Made by a program: the position numbers and the translations under genes
The notes under the pieces: generated by a model
Told to the model about the DNA's origin: nothing
Database searches by the model: none
The model's input: the letters and a program-made list of their open reading frames with translations, nothing else
Assembly (NCBI GenBank): GCA_000182565.2
Contig: KQ257462.1
DNA from: Spizellomyces punctatus DAOM BR117
Lineage: Eukaryota
Length of the DNA stretch: 64,000 nt
Direction: 5' to 3' (one strand)
Shown here: piece after piece, positions 37,574-47,460 of the stretch
Position numbering within the stretch: position 1 is the stretch's first letter
How the letters are laid out: each line of letters starts with the position of its first letter

Positions 37574-40429
37574 ATGGCCACAAATGGAAGAGTGCCTGAC
37601 CGGCAAGGAAGGGTGGGTGGTTTTCAACCGATAGCATCATCCAATCTCTCTGCCCCCGCGTCTGCCTCCTCATTTGGACTTGATGTGGATGCATTTTTAG
37701 CCCCAGATTTCGACGTGAAAGAGTGGATTAATGACGCACTGGCTGCACCAGCGGCCGCGCTCAGAGCCCGACGGCAAAGCAATGCAGAAGGTAACAGCGA
37801 GTCAGAAGTGGACTCAGAACCATTTGCGGGTTCAGAAGAAAAGGTCGAGGATACGTTGGAAGCGTCCGGATTGGGTGTGGGAGAGGTGGCAAAGGAGCGG
37901 ACGAGTATCTCGAGCAAGCCAAGTCAAGCATCCGCAGGAGATCCATCTTCTTCAATGTCGGTAGAACAGTGCGCGTCAAATTTGGTTCTCAAACTCCAGT
38001 TGCTTAGTTTGGATATTTCGACCAAGTTTGAACAGTTGAGTGAGGAGGCGGTTCGGAATATACCACGGACGTTGTATAATCTCGACTTGATCCGAAAGGA
38101 CGCACAGAGAGTAAGAGAAGCGATTGACGATGCTCGGCGAGGATTTGACCAGGCTGAACGAGGCGCAGGGGGAGCCTTCAAAGACCTGGTGAGGCTCGAT
38201 CAAGTCCGGAATCGGATGGCGTCAACAAGACTGGCCTTGAAAGAAGCCGAGAATTGGAGTACGCTTTCTGGTGAGATGGACGCAATCTTTTCAGCTAGAG
38301 ACTACACGAAAGCCTCGATTCGGCTGGAAGAAGCGCAAAGGTCTCTAGGTCTTCTTGCCGCGACCCCAGATTACGAAGAGCGACGGGATCTTTTGGCCAA
38401 CTTGCAGAACCAACTCGAGACATCACTCAGCCCACAGCTTACCGCTGCCCTGAATGATCATGATGCAGAGGCTGTGCGAAAGCTTTATAACGTTTATAAT
38501 CGCATACAACGATCGGATGAGTTTACAAAGCTGTACAACAAGTCTCGCATATCTGCATTGGTCAGGTTCTGGCAACAATATGACGAAGAGCTAACAATAC
38601 GGGTGGCAGCATCCGGAGGAGACCAAGAATTCGGACATTGGTTGAACCAATTTTACGATGAGATTTTGATGGTACTCAAGAAAGAACTATCATGGTGTGC
38701 ATACATATTTCCCAGCCCGCAAAAAGTACTACACGATTTGGTACAAGAAGTTTTCGAAGCTTTGCAGCCCACTGCTGGGAGCAGGATCAGAGGACTTGCG
38801 AGTAGACTTAAGGATTCGTGCTTGCCCAGCATTGTGAATGCATATCAAGCCACGGTCCAGTTTGGGATTAAAGTGGAGAAGCTTCTGTTCTTTTCCAACG
38901 CTACCAAGGAAGCGTCGAGCCCTACTCGAAGCGAAAACTCTAAAGAACGCTTGTCGGTGGATTCGCATCGAAGCGACGTTACTGCACCTGCGCATGATGA
39001 CCTCAGCAATTGGGGGAATATCGTCTTTGAACCCTTTGTCACCTTTCAACAAGGTTATGATAAGCACGAACGAAATTACCTCCTATTCGCATCCTCAACC
39101 ATACTTGCGCTGGACAAGAAGACGGATTATATGGAGCTAGCACGCGTTATGACTGAATCGGTGGCAAAGCTCTTTTCGTTTGCTGAAGCCGCTGTGGGAC
39201 GTTGTCGATTATTTACTACCGGTTTTGGTGCTGGTGGTTTGGTCGATGCTCTAAATGACTATTTTGCGGCTGTCTTTAGTCGATACGGCAATCTTGTGCA
39301 ACAATTGCGAGGCGATGTGGGACTGGATAAACCTGCACTGCAACGTACCAATAACGAATTGGATGATGACGACGAATACGATTTTGGGAGCGGAGAATTG
39401 GGAAGACAAGAATGGGGAAACTTTCAGGTTGGATTACGGTTATTGGGATTGTGCAGTGCGATCAATAAGCGGCTCATGAGCTTTGATCGCGTTTTACGAA
39501 ACGGTCTTGGTGGAATTGTTAGGCGAAGATTGGATGTTGGATGGGACACGCCAATGAACTTTTGGGTGGATGAGAAAGAGCATGGGGAAGAATGCTGGGC
39601 CAGCTTCAGATTACTGAGCATGTCCACTCTGAACAGTTACAAGCTCCGAAACGTCCTCAGTGCCTTTGAAGCAATTGGTGATGGAGCCAATATCCAAGCT
39701 GTGCGAGATAACTCAATCGAAGGCGAGCCTCGACTATTTGAACGGGCGCTGCTCCATCTGAATACCCTTACCACCACATTTCAACGCTTTGTTTTTGACA
39801 CCTTATTCGCGGTGGTTGAAAAGCAGCTGGCACCTTTACCCAGCATGGATATCTGGAACTCGAATGCGCCCACAACCGCAGGCCCTTTCAATCTCGACGT
39901 CCCTCAATTCAGCTTGTCACCATTATCCTACATCACGCGTATTGGCGAACACCTCCTAACCCTCCCGCAACAACTCGAACTCTATGTGGACGATGACGCT
40001 CTAAAATTCTCAATAAAAACCCTCCCTTATCTCAGTCCAAAAGACTTTGATTACAATGAAGAAGATATACCACCGGAAGAAGACGACGTGACGCATCTGT
40101 GGATCACATCGGTCTCGCGCGGCACAATGTCAACTTACATCAACTCCCTCCTACGCATCCCCCGATTAAGCCAGCACGGTACAAAACAACTCTTGACGGA
40201 TGTGGGATACGTTGCCAACGTGTTTGCAGCCATGGATATCGAGCTCTTGCCAGAATTTCGGCGAGTGCATGCGCTTTTGGATATGGACGATGCGCAGGTG
40301 AAGGCGAGATTTGTCAAAGTTAGACAGGGTAAACCGGAGGTTGAAGGAGATGGATTTATCTTTGGTGATGAGGATTTGGTTAGGAGGGTGACGGGAATTC
40401 GGGGAATTGATGTTGGCAGGTACCCTTGA
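37574..40429 (+). CDS. COG7: Conserved oligomeric Golgi complex subunit 7, intronless
   Basis: FLAPDFDVKEWINDAL, LVLKLQL, LKEAENWSTL, PQFSLSPLSYITRIGEHLLTLPQQLE, KQLLTDVGYVANV. Confidence 0.93.
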   Translation: MATNGRVPDRQGRVGGFQPIASSNLSAPASASSFGLDVDAFLAPDFDVKEWINDALAAPAAALRARRQSNAEGNSESEVDSEPFAGSEEKVEDTLEASGLGVGEVAKERTSISSKPSQASAGDPSSSMSVEQCASNLVLKLQLLSLDISTKFEQLSEEAVRNIPRTLYNLDLIRKDAQRVREAIDDARRGFDQAERGAGGAFKDLVRLDQVRNRMASTRLALKEAENWSTLSGEMDAIFSARDYTKASIRLEEAQRSLGLLAATPDYEERRDLLANLQNQLETSLSPQLTAALNDHDAEAVRKLYNVYNRIQRSDEFTKLYNKSRISALVRFWQQYDEELTIRVAASGGDQEFGHWLNQFYDEILMVLKKELSWCAYIFPSPQKVLHDLVQEVFEALQPTAGSRIRGLASRLKDSCLPSIVNAYQATVQFGIKVEKLLFFSNATKEASSPTRSENSKERLSVDSHRSDVTAPAHDDLSNWGNIVFEPFVTFQQGYDKHERNYLLFASSTILALDKKTDYMELARVMTESVAKLFSFAEAAVGRCRLFTTGFGAGGLVDALNDYFAAVFSRYGNLVQQLRGDVGLDKPALQRTNNELDDDDEYDFGSGELGRQEWGNFQVGLRLLGLCSAINKRLMSFDRVLRNGLGGIVRRRLDVGWDTPMNFWVDEKEHGEECWASFRLLSMSTLNSYKLRNVLSAFEAIGDGANIQAVRDNSIEGEPRLFERALLHLNTLTTTFQRFVFDTLFAVVEKQLAPLPSMDIWNSNAPTTAGPFNLDVPQFSLSPLSYITRIGEHLLTLPQQLELYVDDDALKFSIKTLPYLSPKDFDYNEEDIPPEEDDVTHLWITSVSRGTMSTYINSLLRIPRLSQHGTKQLLTDVGYVANVFAAMDIELLPEFRRVHALLDMDDAQVKARFVKVRQGKPEVEGDGFIFGDEDLVRRVTGIRGIDVGRYP

Positions 40430-40717
40430 GGATGTAGATCCTTTTATCCATTTCGAAGGATTTAATAATAACGATAAAGATACAAAACTGGCTGGAACAC
40501 GGATACAGTTTTGGTTGTGTCAATTGAATTGGTTGACGTGCTATAATCATGTACTCCTGAGACATGAACCGAGATGACGGCTACCTGAGCCCTTACATAA
40601 TGTGGAATCAATGTTATGCACAACTGGCCATTAGACAGCGTAGGCGATCCCCATACTAGTAGACATTGTGTATGGAGAAAAAAAAAAGTTGTTAACACGC
40701 TTGTACTGTGACCAGTT

Positions 40718-40777
40718 GGCAACAAAGGGCAAACATGATCTGGGGGGTCGGCAACAAAGGGCAAACATGATTTGGGG
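40718..40777 (+). repeat. Tandem direct repeat, period 32 bp, about 2 copies
   Basis: GGCAACAAAGGGCAAACATGATCTGGGG... followed by GGCAACAAAGGGCAAACATGATTTGGGG. Confidence 0.85.
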
Positions 40778-41380
40778 AGCATCAAGGCATGCTCCACCGA
40801 AATGGGACGTGGGCTGCTGATTTCTTCGGAACACAGTCTTGGAGTCTGGAGAATTGCTTTCCTCCCTTGCTCATGCATAGATCAGTGGCAGGGAAGTGCA
40901 AGCGAAAAAGGGCACAGCCGCGAGAGTCATCCGTTGCGGCCTTCCACATGCTGAAAGGTTTTTTGTTTGCGCATATAACCCTTTGTGACATGTAACGCCC
41001 TCGCTCGGCACTCCAGCCTTGCTGATGACAAACCTGCTGTTCCACAACCAGGTGAAGCCCGCCCTCCAAAAAACAAGAAAAAGACAGCGATCAACCCATG
41101 TCCTGAACTTTGCTCAAGGGCACGCACGCCAAGAAAATGCAAAGGAAAAAAGGAGGGAGGAAGAAAAAACAAGAGAAATAACGTCAACGCGTCAACCATA
41201 AAAGAAACACGAGCTGCGAGGTTTGAACGCGTGAGTCCTTGAGACGAACTGCCGGGCGAATTTGTCCGAAAGTTGGGACAATTTTGGAGAAATCTTCTTT
41301 TTAGTGTAGAGGTGACAGAAAATGGCACTAGCTACTGCATCAGGGAATAAACCGGCGACAACCGGTTTGGAAAAGCTAAG

Positions 41381-41843
41381 CTACTACTAAGCAATTATAC
41401 ACGCAATACGTAACGGTTGTTCTAACCGGATAATTGCCCACCACCACACACGGTCCCTACCAGGCCTTGATCTGGAACTCTTGATGGCATTGAAGCCAGA
41501 GTCTTTGCAACATTGGGGAGACTCGCAAGCTGGAGGATCTTCAGTGACAAGGCTTGGAGACTAAAAACTGCATGTCAGCGACAGAATAATATGAAAAGAG
41601 ATGATGCCATTGGTACATACCAACCAAGCTCAACAAGTGTAGCAGCATAATAGCAGCTTTGTTGGTTCCGAGGCTGCGCTGGTTCCAGTTGCTTGTAGTC
41701 ATCAGGAGGGCGAGGTCCTCAGCACCACCACATCTGCATTCTCATGATGGACTTGAGAGTCGCGATGAGGGTTGCGCAGATGCTTTGAGAGTCAAGGATG
41801 GGTAAAGAGGAAAGAGGGAAGAGGGAGCAGGTCCCCTTTTATA
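41381..41843 (-). other. Putative TATA-driven spliced transcript without a long open ORF (pseudogene, sORF or lncRNA)
   Basis: TATAAAA at 41837-41843, CT tract, canonical intron 41561-41620 (GTATGT...GCTGAC...TTTTAG), possible second intron 41387-41460. Confidence 0.4.
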
Positions 41844-42046
41844 GACCTTTGGCATGCGCCTCACCGCGGTTTAAAAAAAAAAACGTTACATGCATGCCAC
41901 ACTGCTTTGAGCGATGGGGGGTTCTGATTATGCGATATGATTAACCGGATTGAGCCGGATAATAATGGGTCCTAGTGCCATTTTCAATCACCTCCACACT
42001 ATGTACAAGACTTGTCTTCCGCCCTTTCTTTTGTTTACGCTTTTTT

Positions 42047-42453
42047 TCAAAATGTCGCCTGAAAGCTCTCCAAGTATTTCTTCCGATTGTAATGCTCAAA
42101 CTAGGGCATTTTTCTGATCAAAAACTTGTAGATCGAGAGAAAGAAAATCGACATGGCAGAGGAAAAAAGCTCACCTTGTTATCCGCCCATGTCATGACTC
42201 CCCACGCCACCATGGCTGGAGGTCCAAAAAACAACGCTTGCCGGCTGATGCGTTTCCAAAATTTAAACAATCCCGGGTTGAGGAAACCTTTCATGGGGTT
42301 GGTGTAAAAGGGTGACAGACCGTATTCACGAAAACCGTTAATGTGTGAAAGATTGCCCCACCATCTATTTTGCATGAGGGGTTTACTGATGTGTACAATG
42401 CTGAATTCTAAATCCATCTGATACGAGACAACTCACTTGTGTTCTAGAGGCAT
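42047..42453 (-). CDS. QCR8: Cytochrome bc1 complex subunit 8 (UQCRQ), 3 exons
   Basis: MPLEHK|WWGNL...YGLSPFYTNPMKG...RISRQALFFGPP...WADNK|FEHYNRK. Confidence 0.9.
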
Positions 42454-42830
42454 TTTTTGTCAAAAGCTAAGGCAAGCGGATACTCTTGTGTGTGTGTGTG
42501 CTCGAGCAAATCGACAGGGGACTTTGACAAAAGACAAAAAAGTGTAAACACCGATCTCGGGTGTTTTACGGAGAGACAGACGGCTGGTGCGGTCAACATT
42601 AACACCCCCTTTCATTATTACCGATGAATTACGTGGGCCCCTTACACTGTCCTTGTGGTTTTCTCCTACGTAACTCGTTTTCGGTAAATTCCTGGGCGGG
42701 GCTTTTTTCGCCTTTGTGATCGCTGGTGAGTACATCCATTTGGTCAGCAAACCCAAATCCTGTTTCTAAGCGCATGTCAAGCATATGTTTGTTTTCTCGG
42801 GTATCTGGTATGATTATAACATTTTTACAT

Positions 42831-44058
42831 TTACCCAATATCTAGTCGTCCCGTGTCATCCCTCCCAACATCACACGCATGAGTCCACCCACATTCACAT
42901 CCTTTCACGCGCTTGACATTGCGAAAAGTGAGACTAACCCGTGTTCCCCGCTCAATAGCCCGTCCATGCACGATATCTGTCCGCCGTGGGCGAATAGAAT
43001 GCTCCCATTGATATCTGGCATTTCCCGACATGACCAGCAGTGACCGAGGTGGAAGATGGATATTTATGCAATGATATGAGAATGGTTTACACGGATTGCT
43101 CACAGTGGTGGACGGTGTCTCTTCTGGTCGCCGAAATTCCATGACAACTCCGCTTCCCAGACTTAGAGCAATCACCACGTCCCCAAAGATCGAATGTCGA
43201 TCGGCGTGAGGCGCAATTCCGGCGCTCGGCCAATACTCATTGACGGTCAACTGATCGGGCGTCGAATGCAAAGGAAATGTGCGGCAATACCTACTTAAAA
43301 TTTCTTGACCCCATGGTGGTATAGGGTCAATGATGGATGTGTCAAAATCCACCGTGTTGAGCGGCTACAGGACGGTTTGAAAAGAGAAAATTGAGCCCCG
43401 CCCAAAAAAAAAAAGAGCTCCGCTCAGCTGGACAAGTACTAACGTAATCAAATCGATAACCATAATGCTGAACTCGACGCTTGTTGAGGCTGACCCAACT
43501 ATTGGCATTGTCCTTGACACATGCCAACAGATTCTGCTCTTCCTCGCAATCTACAAAGTCATGCAAGAGGAACAGCCCAGGGACTGCCTCCATAACATCC
43601 TTTGGATCGGAAAGAGCAATATCCAGGGAGACACGGGTCGTAAAGGTCAGCAGGAGTGGCTTGGAGTTGGAGTGGGGAATTGGGATCGGACTATTGTTCA
43701 AAACGGTGTAAGCCTGGAAAGCTGCTGTGGGTGTGTTGTAGACCGCATAGGAATATGGTTTTCCTAGCATCATTTCGACACCCAGGAATCCTTCAAAAGC
43801 ACCAAAGGCCCTTTCAAGGTCATCCACCGACACTCCTCCCACGTCCCCTGTGCTCCCTGCATTCAAAATAACAATAAATCTCGTTGGGTCCTGTCCATTT
43901 TCCACGTCGACAACCAGCTCAGAAAGTGGCAGGTTTTCACTTTTAGCGAAAATATCCAGTTGTGTCGCGCGCTTCCGAGCAAGCTTGTGTGCCTCCCGTA
44001 GGATACGCTTCTGGTTGGATAGTGAGCCTGTGGAATGTCCTGATGCGTCGGCGGCCAT
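42831..44058 (-). CDS. ALKBH8: ALKBH8-like RRM + AlkB 2OG-Fe(II) dioxygenase + Zn motif, no methyltransferase domain
   Basis: RRM (KPYSYAVY), PGLFLLHDFV, RRVQHYGYRFDY, PDQLTVNEY..GIAPHAD, WEHSI, RVSLTFR, CECGWTHACD. The 3' end may have a short extra exon. Confidence 0.85.
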
Positions 44059-44744
44059 GAGCAAAAGGGAAAACCCTGTTGAAACTGATCTTGAAATGAT
44101 GGGCTGTCCTTGTTGCCATGGCAACTGATATCCAAATTCTGCTTGATGTTTTGCTAGCTAGTGTGAAAAGGAACACTTGCGCAAACAAACCCAGCATTAC
44201 CAAAATGATTTTTGAACGACTTTTGAAAGGAAAAAGGCATCTTTTTTTGTAATCAAATGGGCGCTTGCAAGCGTTAAAGTCCGCCAAGAGCCGAAGGGCC
44301 GAAAAATGCGGCGGAAGCGGAAGTCGTAAAGCGGTAGGGAGCAGTGACGCCCCGATGGAGGGATGTTTGCGGAGAACCTGTTTTGTCGCCCGTTTATCGT
44401 CCCCCGTCCAAAGCGTAAGTCAAAACGGCGGAGTCTGTCGGGCGAAAAAGAAGGAAAAAGACCAGGAATTGGGACAGCCCAACCACAAGAAAAAAAAAAA
44501 AGAAAACGAAACTGCCGTGAAATTTCAATTAACCTCCTAAATTCAGCCTGACCCCCCTTCCTTTCAGGGTTGGTTTTCCCCGTCGAAGCTATTGGCGCAC
44601 CGAGCAATTGGTAACCACGACCACGGCCAGATGGAACAGATATTTGGATTGCGACCCTCCCCCGCCATCTTTTCCAAGTTTCCTGTCGTCGTCCATTCGC
44701 GTTTTTTGACCTTTTGAGGGCCTTCCTGATTTTCAAAGGGATTC

Positions 44745-46842
44745 ATGTGGCCTTCCCCTCATGGGAGAGGTTATAGCTCTTCCTATGCGGACGCTGCTTG
44801 TCAGCAGCATCCACCACTACCACCTCCAGTATCCACCGTAGCTCAATCGGAACATTCGTATAGTTCTTCTCCATTAAATGCCCGTCCATCCTCTTCTTCC
44901 TCCTCTACCTCTCATCCGAATGAAATGAGCCATTATCGTCAGCAATACCCAACTGCTCCATACATGCCTTTGACGGCTGAGCAGCGCATACAGCGACCCC
45001 CAGCTGAGCACACTACTTTTACGCCGCATCGGACATCCCATTCGCTCTCATCTCACCCATCCGTTCCGTCGTCACAATATTATGGTGAACTTGCCCACTA
45101 CGACAGCAGCGATCTCAATCCGCGACCGATCACGAGTCCATTTTACATCGAACAACCGCGACAATCACAGGAACCACAACAATTGCACCCTCGATTGCCA
45201 GAGGGTGACAGGGTCGATGAACGTGTTCAAGGACGGTAAGTTTGTTATCATGTTCACAAAGCAGTGGTATTTTGGACTACATTTGTGTGTGCAATGGCTG
45301 AGGTTTGCTGGGTCAAAAGAAAACAACTAGTCAGGTTTAAGGTGGCATTTGTTCACATTACATTTTTCTTTGCTGGGGGGGGGTCAACTGCGGAGTTGGG
45401 GAAGGTCGCGCAGTGATGACACGCGTTTTACGCTCGTTGGTTGCCTTTTCGTCGTGCGTTTGTAAGATCGATGCCCTTTTTTTTTCCGGGCGTTGACTCT
45501 TGGCGTGACCAAAAGGGCAATAAAGAACGGGAGGGAAAAGATCGTAAAGAAGGGGGAGGGGGGGAGGTTGAGGGTCATAAAAAACGTAGCCCGTGGGGTT
45601 ACAATGGGATCTCTCAAGTAACGCGCGACGATATTTTAAAAACGAACTTGATGTTGCCAGACATGCTTATACTTCTTCTATCACCCTCCCACGATTTCCC
45701 TAACCCTCCATGATTTATCCGGGCACCGATAGACGATACGAACTTCGAATTCGACAGCAACCTGCTCGAGCACGCATGTCGGGATTTGGAAATTCAGGTA
45801 CAGAAAGTTAAGACTAGTTACCCACTTGGCGCGCGATTTTTGCTCGTTAGGAACACTTGGATTAATACGCTTTGCTTTATAATAACAGACCGACGACCGG
45901 TCGACCCAGTAAGTCTCGCAACTTTCAACTGTCATGTGTGTCGTTGTCGCATCCCGTTGTGCTCACCGTTGTTTCTTTTTTTTTTGTAACAGCCACCGAT
46001 ACTGCAGCTCTATGCGTATGGTCCCCGCGGTGTAGAAAACATAGAGTACGTACGAATAGAAAAAAAACTTTTTGACATTATGGATTGGAAATACTGATAT
46101 ACGCTTTTGCAAATAGCATCGACGAGGCCTGCCAGCTTGTCGTCCACGCATCGCTCTGGAGTTCAGATGGCTCAGAGGACCGCAACATTGTCGTTAGTCC
46201 ATACTACTACGTCACACGACGGGAAGGTGCAGACAACGAGGAAAGAGGCGACGCCGACGACGAACGCATCGAATTTGGGTCCCCATCCATGTCTCGTCGC
46301 TTGAGTGGATCTGGCGGCGCTCCTAGCGAAAGCATGTTGGAACGGCGAAAGAGCACTGGGAGCGTCAGCCGGGAGATGCCGCGTGAAACGGATCAGAGGC
46401 GCGACATGATCCAAACGCTGGTGGGATCTGTGGTGAGCCCTTGCGTCGCACTGGAGGATCTTGAAGAGCGAGAAGGCCTCTTTTTTGTCTTTCATGACCT
46501 ATCCATACGAACACCTGGACAGTACCGGATTCGGTTTAGTCTATTGAAGCTCTCAAGCAAGTACGTATCGACTGTGTGTGTATGTGTGCAATGGACCTTC
46601 TTTTTTTTATTCATAGGATTTCTTCTTTTTTATGTTGTTGTTTTCGCTGGATTAGGGCAACAGTAGATGGAGCCGATCCAGGAACACCCATCCTTGCAAC
46701 AGCCATGAGTGATGTGGTTTCCGTGTATCAACCAAAGCGTTTTCCCGGTCTATTGGGCACGACTGAATTATCGGAATGCTTTGCACGACAAGGCATACCC
46801 ATCCATGTACGAAGAAACCGAACAAAGAAACGAGGCGATTGA
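44745..46842 (+). CDS. Velvet-domain transcriptional regulator, multi-exon with micro-exons
   Basis: YELRIRQQPARARMSGFG|DRRPVDP|PPILQL...LVGS...FFVFHDLSIRTPGQYRIRFSL...SDVVSVYQPKRFPG..TTELSECFARQGIPIHVR. Confidence 0.92.
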
Positions 46843-47460
46843 AAGGAACCCTTTATTTTTTTTTTTCTTTTTACTTGAGTCGTAATATGTGTGAAAGGGA
46901 GTAATTTGATGAGACTGTATAGATTTTCCAACTGAATTCAGGATCATTATGCATCGACATCGTGCAATACAATGAGTATACATTGCATGATGAGAGTCTT
47001 CATGTCGCCCCGATGAATGAATTGCATACAAATGTTCTCCTTTTGTCGGTTGGCGAGTTAATCCTACTGCACGAAAGCTTTCTTGCCCATCTCCACATTC
47101 CAGAAGCAAATCAACGAAATATGTCCAAAACCCATCTCCTACCCTCCGAAACGCTCAGCCATCAACAAAAACCCAGCTCGCAGCTTCCCGTAGCGTCATG
47201 AAAGCAAGAGGAAAACAAAAGAGATGATCAGAATTCTATTGGAGGCACAGTCATAACATTGCATGGCTGTGCACAGAGATGAGATATGGCACAGTCATGG
47301 TTAGATAATCAGACACAAGTGTTCGTCTGGCCTTTGATCTTCCTTGCCCAAAATCGTTGACGATTTATTCAACACTGCGACATTGGGTGAAAGGCTTGCG
47401 ACATCTTGTCAGAAATTTGATTTTGTAGTTTTTGGCTACTCTTTTTGTTCGTTGGTTGCC

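Noticed and set aside
41699-41707. UCC-UGA-UG antizyme-like +1 frameshift site (minus strand)
   Set aside because: The frame leading into it has no AUG, and the downstream product does not resemble antizyme.
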